Source: Lama guanicoe | Taxonomy: Eukaryota | DNA: 64,000 bases | Assembly: GCA_013239625.1 (NCBI GenBank) | Contig: MU056000.1 | Location: forward strand, 8,223,214 to 8,287,213 | Direction of reading: 5' to 3' | Shown here: positions 1 to 13,561 of the stretch, piece by piece | Layout of the letters: every line of letters begins with the position of its first letter | Numbering within the stretch: the first letter of the stretch is position 1 | Notes under the pieces: model-generated | The model's input: the letters and a program-made list of their open reading frames with translations, nothing else | Database searches by the model: none | Told to the model about the DNA's origin: nothing | Made by a program: the position numbers and the translations under genes

Positions 1-1171
1 AAGAATGAACATATTGTTACTCCTGCAATTGTACTTGGTGTCAAATGACACCGCCATCCATCAAGGAGGCATCGTGGTAAATTCAAGCGAAGTCTGCCTT
101 GGGCTGTATGCACAGAGGCTTTTGGGAACACCGATTATTCTCAGAGCTTCAAAACCATGCTCTGAAGGAACGAAAGGGCAGCTTTTCATTTGTACGCTTA
201 CTTCAGGTTCATCAAGTAAAGCACAGCAACCCACGGGGATGAAGATGCATTCCCCACGATCCACTTTAACATGAAGTTTCTCATTAAACATATTCCGGAG
301 TTAGTCCTCCATTGGCGGTTTTATACAGTCAAAGTAACTGGAAGGTATCAGAGGGGCTGGGACAGCCCTGAGTAGAACAGGAATCAAGCTTCCTTGGAAA
401 CCACCAAAAGGGAGTTGCGGGATCTGGGGCTGGTACCAGACTTCTGAGTGGAGTCAAGGTTTCCCAAAACTCTGTCCCAAATGTCCAGATACATACTGAT
501 GCCAAACCTGGCCCAACTCAGCCTGACCTTGCCTCAGGGACGACGGCCATTCCCAGCTGGACGTCTGGGGCAGGGTTTGGACCAGGCTCAAAGGACGGGA
601 GCATCGATACACTTGCTGAATAGAAAAAAGCACCTGGGTGTGGCAGGCATTTCTCTGAATTAATCTCTGTCAGCCCTGATTGCAGTGGGGGCATCAAGCT
701 GCTTCGTACCCTCAGCACGGAGGTAGTCCCCTGGCTGCTGGGGCCAGGCAGAGCTGCCCTGGGGCGGACAGTTTATGTCACTGGCTTCGGGGGGCACACC
801 TGCGTTTCTGATCCTCTAACAGGAGGATGCAGACCTGCGCTGACATCACTGGGTGATGAAAACACTTGGGAAGAGAAGCCCCAGGCGCACACTGCACTAA
901 CCTTGGCACATGAATGCTTGCAGCAGATGGCAGAGAACAGACCAAGGATGCTTGGGCATACCTGCCGTCACTTGCTGTGAGATCTGGAGAAGTAAAAGCT
1001 GCTTATTCCTGGCCAAAAGGTGATGAAAATCAAGGACTCACCCAAGGTAGGACTTTTTTTATCCTACTGAGGGGGCCTTCCCAAATCAAAGTGGGAATCC
1101 TAGATTATGTACACACGGCCAAATGAGGGAACAATGCTAGCCTGAATGTTCTATCAGATGCATAAAAACAG

Positions 1172-1351
1172 TTTTTTATAGGACTTTTAAAAATTCTATA
1201 AAGCATTTTTATTGGTCTGTGTTTTTGGGGGTGGGGTGCGGGGAACGGTAGTTAGGCTTGCTTTTTTTTTTTTTAATGGAGGTGCTGGGGATTGAACGAA
1301 GGACCTTGTGCATGCTAGGCGTGCACTCCACCCCTGAGATACATCCTCCTC
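1172..1351 (-). mobile_element. tRNA-derived camelid SINE (Vic-1-like)
   Basis: Reverse complement carries the A/B-box tRNA head (…ctcaggggtggagtgcacgcctagcatgcacaaggtcc…ttcaatccccagcacctcc) and an A-rich tail. TSD taaaaacag at 1163-1171 and 1352-1360. Confidence 0.85.
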
Positions 1352-3420
1352 TAAAAACAGGGGTGGGGGTTGTTGTTTTTTTTTTTCCTTTTAAACAGAG
1401 CTATTGTTACGTTTGGGAATGCTAATAAATTGATTATCTAATTTCTGTTAAAAAAAAAAAAAAGGAAATGCTCCGTAAAGCCGCAGCCTTCTTTCGAGGA
1501 GGTACATTTTCTTTGTAGATATTCAGAAAAGCTGACAATAACGAATAGAAACTCTTCTATAGTTCATAAATAAGAAATATACATTATGGTTCTACATACC
1601 TTGAGCCATCTCTGAGCTATTTTTAACTCTGCTTTAGTGCTCAAGAGAAACTCACAGAAAAAAAAAAAAAGATTCAATGAAAAGCAATATCCTCACGGGA
1701 GCATAATCAAATAAAGCTTAGTTTGGAAATGGGTTTTGTAGTCTCCTAAATACAATGCATGCTACGGATTTACTCGATCTTTAACCAAACCATGAATATG
1801 AATGGGAACTTCCAAGTAACCCAGGATTATGCAGATCACTTCAGCTTTAGTTAGAGTAAAATTTCAAATAGATGTAGAAATATTTTCATAAAAAAGGGCT
1901 GTAAAGAGATTAATCGTATCTTAAACAATCTAAAATCATGGCTTTGAAAGATCTTGCTTTGGTTTATTGTCTTTAAAAATTACTCAGAACAATATGCTTT
2001 TAGGTACCTAGAACGGAATTATCAAAATCCTTTTGTATTGGTAACTCCATCATCCCTACGTTATTTAGAAACAATAATTTATCTTGAAATTACACACTAT
2101 CGGCCATAAGATTGCTTTTTAAGCTGTATTCTTTCCAGAGCTTTAAGCTATACTGTGCCCTGAAGTTAGCTTAGTTTCAGATACCAAAATGCTTCTATCA
2201 AATGCGCAGCCTAGATTCTCCTCGAGTACAGTATCTCCATTGGTTTTAACTCCCTGTGTGCCCACCTCAAACTTTTCAGTATCAAGGAAGTTGTAACAAT
2301 TCCAGCTGGGAAGCAAGTGTGAAGTGAGGATTCCAGAATGGCTTCTAACATCTAAATACATAATGAAAATACCAATTGAAGGATTATTTTGGTAAGTATC
2401 AATAGAAATGGATGGGAGAGGAATAATCCTGTCCCAACCATGTGGTTTGAGAGAATCCAGCGTTAAACCCATTTTGGCATCATTGCCCAGCAGACACAAA
2501 GGTCGCCCAGCCTGCGTTTGTGGCACGGGGGAGCCCCCCTCTCTGCTTTTAGGTGCTGGGGCCAGCAACTTCCCAGAAGAAAGCTGAAGTTCACTCCAAG
2601 AATAATAAAGCAGCATTTCCCTGGCAGGAATGGCCAGTCTCCACTCAGTCCAGGAGACTGAATCTTCTGGACCTGGAGAGTAGTGAGATCCACAGGACTT
2701 CAGTCCTCAAGCCCTGAGCCCTGTACCCAGAGTTCCAGAGTGCAGAACTTTCCAGAATCTGACACCTGTCACACAACGGTGGTAGGGCCCTGCCATCTCT
2801 AACCACATATATACCTTCACACAGCTCATCTCACCCATGACTGCATGTCTCAGGCAGCCCTTCTGCATTGGCAGAATCCAGTGGTGTAGATTTTGGTACC
2901 CATTTTTGAAGGGCCCAGTGACCATGCCTCGATTATGAACTCCTGATTGGGATTCTTAACTGCTAATCATCCATGCCTAGGGTGAAAAAATCTTACCTTG
3001 CAAACACATACATTTTATACCATTTACACTAAAGTAGCTTTAAAATAAATTCTTCTATGCACAATCTAACACATCTTGCAGACATAACCATCATTATAGG
3101 CTTACTCCACTGGTAAGGACACTGGACAGGAAGTGATGGAAAATATCGACACCTTGTTAGAATTATCTATTCTGAATTTACAAAAGAAGGCCAAATCCAG
3201 TGTGAGCAGACTAAAGTAGATGACACAATTGTTCCCAAAAAAAGCAGGGTTGGCCAACGAAACTAGGAATAGTAGGGCCACGGCAACATGTGAAATACAG
3301 GAACAAAAGCAAACAAGAGGGGACTAATCAAGGAATGAAATCTATGTAGGTGAGGGATGAGGAGGTGGAGGGCAGACAGAAGCCCTTGGCTCCTGGGGGT
3401 AAACTAAACATGTTAGGGTG

Positions 3421-3690
3421 AAAGAGACTCACAAACATAGAGAACAAACTTATGCTTACCAGTGGGGAAGAGGGTGGGAAGTGGCAAACTGGGAGTTCAA
3501 AGATTTGCGGACACTAACTACTATATATAAAACAGGTAAACAGCAAGGTACTACTGCATAGCACAGGAAGCTACATTCAGTATCTTATAGTAAACTGCAA
3601 TAAACAAGGATTTGAAAATAAATTATATGTATATGTATGACTGAAACACACTGTAAACTAGAAAAAAATAAATAAAATTAAAAAAAAAGA
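3421..3690 (+). mobile_element. LINE-1 3'UTR fragment (cetartiodactyl type)
   Basis: agactcacaaacatagagaacaaacttatg…actactatatataaaacaggtaaacagcaaggtactactgcatagcacagg…, ending in an A-rich tail. Confidence 0.8.
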
Positions 3691-4017
3691 ATGACAACAA
3701 CAATAAAAAATTAAGGTGAGTTACTGACATGGGGGATTTTCACCATAAGGTAGTAAATATTAATTATTAAAGGGGGACATCTCAGAAAAGAGTAAGAAAC
3801 AAAATTAAAGCCACCCAAAGACAACACTCGTTCTTTTGTTTTGTGATTTTCCAGGCTTCTTTTCTGTAAACACTTTACACAGTTGAAACACCTCACATAG
3901 GAATTTATAGTCTGCTGCCTTCACCAAAGATGACATTGTCTTTTAACAATGATTTTGCTCACTGATTTGCTTGTCTGCTAAATAAAGTCCAGTGACATTA
4001 TTATAGGAGATAGTAAC

Positions 4018-4386
4018 TGTGGTGGAGGCTGTGACGCTCTGCCCCGATCTCTCTCAGGAAGGAAGGATCTATTCCTCCAGCTGCCAGACAATCCTCAGCT
4101 GTCAGCTCCCTGGAAGCAGCTCAGCCGGAGAATCAGCTCCCCGCTCTTCTCCTGGAGCCCACAACCCGGGAAGGTAGAATGTGAGCACATGCAGTCCTCG
4201 CCCCCTTTCCCCTTCCGTAGGTGGGCGGGGCCTTTGCTGTGACTGCACCAGCCCACCTTCTCCCTCTGACCCTCCCAGTGTCCTGGTCCCTTCCCTTGCG
4301 CAATGTTGATCCCAAGAGACCCCCACAAACCTCCTGGATGCTACTCTTCATATCGGTCCGCTTCCCGGGGAACCTGGCCTGAAAGA
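4018..4386 (+). mobile_element. LTR16-like (ERVL) solo LTR
   Basis: tgtggtggaggctgtg…cagctgtcagctccc…tgtgactgcaccagcccaccttctccctctg…ttcccggggaacc. Confidence 0.65.
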
Positions 4387-7179
4387 TGAGCTTTTATTAG
4401 AAACATAAGATATTTAATCTTTGGTTTTTGAGACAGCATTCTACAAGGCAATTTCAATTTCAGAATTTTAAAATATTCACTCACCTAGTCAAAAGGCGAT
4501 TTAAGACCTTGGAACTCTAAAGCAAATTTTACTGAGCTATGAGCACCTACTGTAGGGCACCTCCTTGCCAGGGGCTGAAAAGAATAAAACAAACATAATC
4601 TTTGATGTGGAGATTCTATGGAGATAACTGACGTGTGTGTTTGCATGACTGTGTGTGTGCTGAGTGCAGTGTGTTGAGTGTGGTGTGTTGTGTGTATTGT
4701 ATGTACATGTGTGAGCTGGGGTGAACACTCTACAGAGAACAGAACTATCGAAAATACGGTATGAAATTGATGAAATTACCAGGAAATGAGAAATCCACTG
4801 TGTCTAAAACTATTTTGTTCTATCATTTCAAATTATTTCTACAGTCTCAAAATAGTAAAAAAAAAAAAAAATCCTGCTAGCTCAGGAAATAGACTTCAAG
4901 CACTATTTCAGAGAATAAATGTTGACGTTATCAGGAAGAGTTGGATGCTGACTTCTCACAGCCACCCAACGTTTGCTTATTTTCTAGTGATGGAAAAAAA
5001 AAGTGGGGAAGGGGATGGAAAAGCATTTGAAGGAGTCATTTTGCATAAAAGGAGCACGCAATTCAGAGAAAAGGGGAAATTATGTAAGCAATTAATGCCT
5101 CTTTATGAAATGATAAGGCAATTAGTGGAAACTTTAACACCAGTGCTAGTATTCCCGTGAAGTGTAGCCCCAGGGGGCTGAGGAGGGGAGAAGTGGAAAT
5201 GGAGGTTCACAAAGACTCCTGGAGCCAAGAGCAGTCAAGGAGAGCTCACGCTCACGTGCATAAGAGGTCGCCATCTTTGCTAAAAATATTGAACTTATAT
5301 TTATTCTTGCATCAAAACGCAAGACTTTTAATGCCTAAATGGATAAGTACTTTAAATAGGAAATAACAGGATAGGCTGTGCTTTTATTTTTGAGTCATCA
5401 GTTAACGGCTCTCAGCAGCCCTGCAAAAATCATACTTGGGGACAGTCTCTGAAATCCTAAAGAGGTGTGACCTTAGGATTCCTTCCACCTGGGAAGGGAC
5501 TTTGTGGTCCACAGATGCCCTGGGGAGAATACGTGTTTCCAGCAGATCCCCTGGGGATCATGAGCAGCTGGGACTTCAGGCAGCCAGCATCCTTCAGCCC
5601 TGACCACACAGAGCCCCAGCTGAGTCCTGACTTCCAGAACAACTCCGCCTCTTCCGGTGGCCCAGGAAGCTTCCTTTCCAGCAATAGTACCCACCCCCAC
5701 TTCAACATCAACATCCTCACCTAAGGCAGTTCCGTCTCTGGCTTCATAGAGACACCAGTGCTACAATCAGGGGGCCACTCAGCGCAGCTTCTTTCAAACC
5801 CTGATGTATACTGAAATCACCCCGGAGTCTGGAGATTCTGTGTGTCTAACAAGCTCCCAAGGGATGACATTCCTGGGCCTTCCTGGCACCTCACATTGAA
5901 AGTCAGGGCTTAGTGATGCAGACTGTGAGGGAGGGGAAGCTTGCCCATCCTCACGAAGAGCTGCCTGCATTCGCGATGCTGGCAAGACTGAAGGCATCCA
6001 CAGCACCCCTGCTCTGCACAGCAGTGAATTTTACAGGATCACTTAATGCAAACAGTTCCTCCCGTTAGGGCCCTCCCCACATCAACATCCATCCTTTTCT
6101 TCTCCAATGGCAGGAATATAAAAACAGCCTTATCTCCCCAAATTTTATACTATTTCTATTTTGCAAACCATTTCACCTCCCTTAATTACTCTGAGTAGGA
6201 ACATCTTGTGGAAAAATTGAAAACCCCAAGGTTGTTGCAAATAACTGCAACTCCCATACTTCCCCAGGCTTGGGAGGCACAAGAGTCTCGTGTTCTTGGC
6301 AGGAGCTGGGGACAGTCAGTAGCTCACACAGGGGCAGGAGGCCGAGACCCTAGGGCTGATTCTCTGACACGGGGTCGGGCAAGACGCATTTAAAATGAGT
6401 CACGGGCTCCTCGTCTGGAAAGGGGAGTGATGCCTTCCTCTTCACTAGGTTGTTATCAGAGTAAAATGAATTGAAGCACGGGGATCTGCTTGTGGGCTAA
6501 ATACTCTAAGAGACGAATAAACTCTTTCCCTCCAAGACTTTTCTGACAACCCATTCTCTCTAATCTAACTTTTGTTCTTGAAACACTTAAAATGAAGTAA
6601 AAACAACTCTGTCTACTTCTCACGGTACATTAATCTGCACCAATTTAAAATCCAAAAGAAATTCCAATAAAACGATTCACTTTCTCACTCTACTTAATTC
6701 TACTGCCTTGTCAAAGAAACAACCTGCAACATGGTCTAAAATGTGCTTCAAAATACCCCAACTAACGCACATCGATGCTCTCCTGTGTGTGTGTTAGCCT
6801 CATGGTGTACCTTCTTCTCAAATTTGTTTGATTGCGGTACATAATTTTTCCCCATAGGCAGGATCATGCTGAGCACAAAATTTCTTGCCCTGCTTTCATT
6901 ATTCTCCATTATAACATGAGCATTTTTTACAAGTGTAAACTTGTTAGAGGCAGCTTTTTTCCTTGTTTATTCCATGAGTAGTTACAGACTGAAGGGAAAT
7001 GAAAAGAATTACTACATCTGTAATCTCACAGAATATTATCGAAAAACATGGTATTTCCATGCTTGACACATCTCAGGAAAAAATGGAATTGGTAGAATAT
7101 GGAACTGTGTGTAGCGGGAAAATTATACAATTAGTAAGCTATATGAAAGGGTTGCCTTACAAGGATCATTTTCCCCTAG

Positions 7180-7420
7180 TGTTAAAGCATGAACTCTGGA
7201 CCTTCATTACCGGGTTCAAATCCCAGATCTGCCATTTACTGGTTTGGTGACTTAGGAAAGTATCTTGAACTCTGTGACCCTCCATTTCCCCATCTATAAA
7301 ACAGGGCTAGCCCAGAATCTCCTTCTTAGGCTTGTTGTAAGAATTAAATGCAATTCTATATGCAAAGGGCTTACAAGAGCCCTTGATCCCTAGTAAGGAC
7401 TCAATAAATACAGTGCTTAC
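7180..7420 (+). mobile_element. MIR SINE
   Basis: Core gggttcaaatcccagatctgccatttact…gtgacttagg…ccatttccccatctataaaacaggg…ttgtaagaattaaatg. Further MIRs at ~19660-19890(-), 21620-21730(-), 22580-22690(-), 24135-24310(+), 31000-31180(+) and 53400-53600(+). Confidence 0.8.
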
Positions 7421-7449
7421 TATTTCAAAATGCATTTAATAGGTGGGAG

Positions 7450-7620
7450 CAGTGGTTCCCAAAGTATGGTCCTCAGACCTGTGTTATCACCACCTGAGAA
7501 CTTAGAAATACAAATGCCTGGGCCTGACGTAAGTCCAACTCAATCAGAAAAGAAGAGGACAGCAATCAGTCTTTAATAAGCTCCTGGTCATTCTGATGCG
7601 CTCGCAAGTTTGCAAACCCC
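7450..7620. mobile_element. MER5A-like hAT-Charlie MITE
   Basis: cagtggttcccaaagtatggtcc…cacctgagaacttagaaatacaaat…ttaataagctcc…ttctgatgcg…aagtttg. Similar remnants at ~5790-5910, ~10750-10890 and ~53010-53140. Confidence 0.7.
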
Positions 7621-10541
7621 CGGGACAAAGGCAGACTATACCACTGACCCTATTTATAGATACGAATTCTCAACGGCTTTCCAGTTTTATGTCTTAATGA
7701 ATTTGAGGTGGCGAGGGAAAGGTGGGTTAACAGCTATGAAGTCCTACTTAGAGACAGCCCAGGTATCGACATTAATGCATGACCTCTATGAATCTTAGGC
7801 ATTCTGAAACAAAGTTCACCCTCAGATTAATAAACTAAATATCTAAAATAAAATGCTAAATTGTCCCTTTGTTGTAATATAATACTACACAAAATTAAGA
7901 GCAAATACTGGTACTAAAAACTTTAATCCAAAAATTACAGGGTTGAATAGAATTTATATATATGTACAGCTCGTGGTTTTGAAAATCCATTCATTCTTAG
8001 ATATTAAATGATTCTTTTGAGTTAGGCATTAGCATCCTGTAGACCCAGAGTAAATAGTTACCTTAAAAATGCTTTTTTTCATTCTGCATTGACATGTAGA
8101 AGAAAGGCAATGACCAAATGATCAAGGGTACCGGGGGAATGCGAACCCTTGTGATGTGGGATACAGGAAGGTGCTCTTCCCAAAAGCAAGAAGAAAGGTG
8201 GGATATATATTGAAAGTGTGATACTACCTTTAATAAATAACATTATAAAAAACGTATCTTAACACCCTATATAAAAATAGAGGAAAAGCAAGCTGTTTAA
8301 AATACATATTCATAAACTTTTCTAAATGTTTCTTCATTATATTCTCCTGGAAAATAATATTGTAGAGGGTGGAGTCAGAGGTGCTACTTTTGAGCTCATT
8401 ACTCACCAACTTAAGACACTACTTTCACCCACAATGTTCATAGAATATTCTGAAGCCATCCTCAGAGCCTACACATCATTTTTTGGATTCACCGTGAACT
8501 GAATCAGAAGAAACTCCCTGCACGAGCACCATGTTGGAGCAGAGGATCCCTGCTCTGCTCAGGCTGGTTTACTCCAAACAGCAAAGTCACCTACAATGCT
8601 CATTCAAAGCAAGCACAGCTATATCCTAAACTCACTTTAATCAGCCTAAAAGTTTTGCTCATTCGACCAGTGGCCACTGTCTTTAACAGCATTCTCAGCA
8701 GATCAAAGTAAAGGATGCTGTGTAAATAGGGCAAAGAGATTTATTATAATAATTTTTTCCTGATCTTAATTTCAAAGATTAATTGCTGCCTTTAATGCTG
8801 CTGCTTCTACCATTTTCATAACACTTTCTGGAAGCTAAGAAATCCAGTAACTTGGCAACTGAGCAATTTTGTTCCGTATATCCTGTCATTACTCAGTGGC
8901 ACTCTGCTTGAGATATAGATGCTTAACGAAGAGAATCGTACGCAATCTGTTTCTTGGTGTCTTGTTAGCTATTTTTTGTGAAGAGCTCTTTCCTAATCAG
9001 ACTGGCTGGGAGCACTTAGGCCGACGCACTCTGCTTTGTGGAGCTCTCCGACAATGCACAGGATGCCATTTTTAATGATGAAGCTCTCATACACAATTCT
9101 CAACAGGTTTCCAGCAGACTAGTCAGATTTTTCACCTGGCTGCCTATAATAAGAGTTAAACGGACTAAAAAACAAACCCATAATTATTTCTTATAAAATA
9201 ATGTACAGCCTGTATACTCAGTTAAAAAAATCCCTGTTGTTATTAATATTAATTAAAATTATTGCTTATAACATTAATTGTTGCTTCCTAGATGCATAGG
9301 GTATACTTCAAGTCAATTCAACTGGTAAGCATACAATGTTCTTTGATGTCCTAGATTCCAACTGGGGGGAGTCCGAGGTGGAAGTATCAGGGTCACTGCT
9401 CTCCAGGGGTGCCCCATGGCAGATGTGAGATGCAAGATTTGCCCAACACTGTGTACACATGGAGACTATTCTTTGATTTGGAAGTTATTCTGTTTGACTG
9501 CAGAGTGTATCCACATTGAAGAGAACTTCCTTTCCCGGTGTCTCGTACCTTGGAAAAGAGCTCACCCATCTCTGAGGCCCAGGGCCCAGCCAACGACCGG
9601 CCTTATTGGCTCAGTTCTGTTAAGTCTTGAGAGCTCTCAGCCCTAATGAGGCACTGACCCCACCTCTCTTCTGATCACCTAGTTTAACTTGCCAATTACA
9701 AAGGGCTTAGTGACTTCTGAGTCACTCTGTACTGTTGCTGTTTGGGGGCCATCAGTACAGGTCCATGGTCTAGAGGCTTTTAAGTTATTTAAGTGCAAGA
9801 ATTGCCCTGATGTAACACTGCTGTAATCAGCAAGCCATGGATGACACCGATGGCCAGTGGAGGTCTCAGCCCTTCTCCAGCTGAGGCTATCCAGTCGTTG
9901 TCCACAGGGAGTCTCATGGCACGGTCACCTGCCAGTCTCTCTACCAGGATCACTCCCCCACCCCCAAAGGTTGAACCATGTGGAGCAAAGGGTTAGATTT
10001 TAGTAATTTCCTACATTTGACCTAACACTTCTACAGATACACAGCACCCTGTATAACATGGCTCCAGTTTAGAATGAACTGCCTTCGAAGTCTAGGGACT
10101 TGCTGCCCACATCAGCTACAGGAAATCTCTCCCTGCTCTGAAGTTCCTCTTTAGGGCACTTTTAAGTTGTCAGCATCGCCCTTTATGGCGCATACCTCGC
10201 CGTTAGGTTGTGGAGCAGGGGTCCTCCAGAGGGCTGTGCAGGCTCTCTTCACCTCTGCCTCCTACAGACCACCTTGCTCCCTGGAAGTAACTGCTTAAAA
10301 ATGCTCTGCAAGAATTCAATGGAAATCTCAGAGAAAGCAGAGAAGATGGTTATGACCTGGGCCTGCGGTTATAATGTCCATTTTTAAAGCCCAGCATAAT
10401 TCCTTCCTGCTGATTGACTCCTACGGCCAATGGAAATAATCATAGTCTATACTTACCTATGAGAATTAAACAAACTGGAGAACTAAATAAGTTCAATTCC
10501 AAAAAAATGCTTAGACTAGGCAAGGGCTCAATGGATATTAG

Positions 10542-10542
<1 letters not shown>

Positions 10543-10574
<32 letters not shown>
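10543..10574. repeat. (TTA)n microsatellite
   Basis: About 10 perfect units. Confidence 0.95.
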
Positions 10575-12944
10575 TCAAAATGACAAGTTCTGCCAACTCA
10601 TTTCCTGTAGACTCAGGGATACCAAAGACTAGATTGCAAAGTATGAAGCTGTTGGTCTGATTCAAAGCCCAGCGTGTCCAGCGTTGGACATCATCAGTGA
10701 AGGACAGAGGCTGCTTTAGAACACAGCTCAGATGACAATGCCCGTCTGTTCATGGGGTTCACCTGGGGCACCTTAAAACTATGGATTTCCAGGCTCTTCC
10801 ACAGGCTAGTGAAATCAGCTGGGGCCCCAGCATCTGTGTTTTTCAAAGCCTCCCAGGTGCCTCTTACAGCACAGCCAGTCTTGAGAATGCTAATATAAAA
10901 CACTCCAGGGCCACACTTCACCATTACTTTGCGCACTTTGGTACTAGTTCCTGGATAACTGTAAATAATCATAAAAAAAAGTCATTCAAAGTCAAAGTCC
11001 TTTTCCAAGGTTGTCACGCCCCAATTAGGAAAGAATTGCCATTTCTGTTTCTTTCATTTCCTACAATCACGGCCGCCACAATAAAAGGACATCAAAGAAC
11101 ACAACACATTTCCCAAATGTGACAAGAGTTTAGGGATCAGGTCAAAAGCGTAACTAAGCTTCGAGCCTTAGAGAATTACAAACATGCCCGCATTTTTCTA
11201 TAAAAGTTACAGATAAGGGACAGGAAATAGTTTCCTTATCTTTGGTAAGGGGACATTTGGATACGACACCTAAACCAAATTGATTTTACTGTTTGACTAC
11301 AATAAATTTTTTCCCAGGGCATATGAACCCAAATACATATCAGGCCCCAATACTTGAATTTTATATAAGAAAGATCACCAGATCTTCATATGCTATATTT
11401 TTCTCCCTTTGTTAAAAAAATTAGGGGGGCCTTAAGGAGTCTTTTTTGGACTTTATTCCCAAATCACCCCCACCCATGCAATTTTAACACCACAGATACA
11501 CCATGTGTCTGTTTATGCACTGTGGCCTTCGGAGGACCACAAACCACTGTAATATCTAAGGGGTTTTGCCCTCTCCCACGAAAAACAATTTTTGCCCCCT
11601 TGGGGACCTCATCGCCGCCCTGTTGAGAATGCTTTCTACGACTGAAATGGCTGCCTCAGCCCCGAGCCTGCACTGGGAGGGGCTGCTCTAGAGGGAACCC
11701 AAGGGGATCCTCTAGAATCTCGGAATCTCGGAATTGTGAATACAATCAGCAATGAGTTGTGTCAGGTTCTAACCCCTGGCCCGTACCACGCTGCACAGAC
11801 CCACCGTCTGATGAAGGCAGCACACTTCTGGGGGGACGGTAAAGCAACGGGTCATCGTAACATAAAGAATGACTGTACTTATCCACGGTCTTCAACGTCC
11901 TTTTTAATAGTCCAGATTTTTCCACTCATTTTCAGAGTAACCTCTCAGAATGAGAATGCTGAGTATTAACTTTGTTTAATTTTAGAATAAACAACGTAAT
12001 GGTTACAGCTGCCAACATACAGGGTTGACCTCCAGCAGCAAGGAAAGCAGAATATGTCATCACTGTCTGTAACAACTTCCATTTGCATCGTATTTTACCA
12101 TTTAAAAATGCTTTTGCTATATATTCTTATTTAAACTCTGGAAAAGTGGTGAAATGACTACGTACTGAAGAATAAACTTAAGAAGGCATATAATCCAGTC
12201 AAGTTATTAGAATTGCACTTTTAAAAGAAATGAAAAAGTCACCTTGTAACTCTTAGGCAATTTCTCAATAAACTTATGAAAAATGATGGCTTCCATTTTC
12301 ACTCTTTACTCATGGGCGGCTCAAAACCCATGCCTTTTCCTGAAAATACCAAAGCCTTAATAAGGCATCACCCTACCTCCAATTCATGTGAGTCCTGCAA
12401 AACCCCAAACGATGAGGAACAGAGGCTAAAGGTTTGGGGTGGGGCTCAGGCCCTCCCTGTCCTTTATTTCTGAATTCTAGTATTCTCATTTATTGATACT
12501 GGCTTTTCATATCAAAATCTCAGGAGAGGCAAGATGTGGAACTGTCTGGCATCTGTGGAACTCGACTAAACACGTGTATCCCCCTCTAACTGTGCTCTGG
12601 GGCTGCAAACAGGTATTGCAAGTCAGTGCAATCCACTTTTGCCTATGCGACCGCTCAGTCAAGTGCAGTCAAGTCACTGAGTTTTTCCCAGGTCTCACTC
12701 TGAAAACTATTCAGGGGCAGCCAACACGGCAGGGTCCTCCTATTATTTTCTGTGTAGATTAAGTCTGCAAATATTCCAGGCTCACAAAAATGTTTCTTTA
12801 TGTTGAAATATAACAGGGATTGATCAGAATGGGGATGAGGTGTACTTTTCACTCAAGGTACACTTGCCCCGCATACAGGTGTTGTGTGATGTAAGGAAGA
12901 TGCGCCTGTACAATGGGGTTTGGACAGGTGATACTTCCACTTCC

Positions 12945-13561
12945 TGTAACTGAACACTTACAATTAGAAACTGTCCTGTACTACTGAAACCTGCAGGGCC
13001 CTCCTGGGTACAAAAGCCTTTCTGTGTCCCCCATTTCTTACTCGTAGGAAAAAGGGTTGAGCCTCCTGAACCTTCCCTGACTTCCAAAGGGCAGATTCAA
13101 ACAACCGCTAAGTAGAGGAGTGAGGGAATGCAGAAACAAAGGAAAAGCAGTCGAGAGTGTAGCAGAGTCCTGGCTCCTTCCTCCTCAAGGGATACACATG
13201 ACAATCTGATACACATCTCTGAGCTCTTCTACAGGAACTGAGGCTCCTACCCAGGGGGAGGACTAACTTCAGACTGAGCACAAGCATATAGACCCCAGAC
13301 TGGTTGGAACCAGTTAATAACTGAGATTCCTGGAATGCTACCTTGTTACCTCACCTCCAACCAATCAGAAGAAGGTCACACACCCTGCAGCCCTCCCCCT
13401 AAATTTGCCTTTAAAAACTCTTCCCTGAAACCCACTGGGGAGTGCAGGTCTTTTGAGGATGAGCTGCCCATACTCCTTGCTTGACCCTTGTAATAAACCT
13501 TTCTCTGCTCTAAACGCTGATATTTCGGTTTATTTGGCACACAAACTTGGCGTTGACAACG
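12945..13561 (+). mobile_element. ERV1-class solo LTR
   Basis: Starts TGTAAC. Contains CCAATCAG (~13361), TTTAAAA TATA-like (~13410), AATAAA (~13492) and a U5-like end ggcacacaaacttgg…acaac. Possible 4-bp TSD ttcc/ttac. Confidence 0.8.

Noticed and set aside
2143..2616. Longest ORF in the track (157 aa, minus strand)
   Set aside because: No recognisable homology, domain or exon structure. The length is compatible with chance in 64 kb over six frames.
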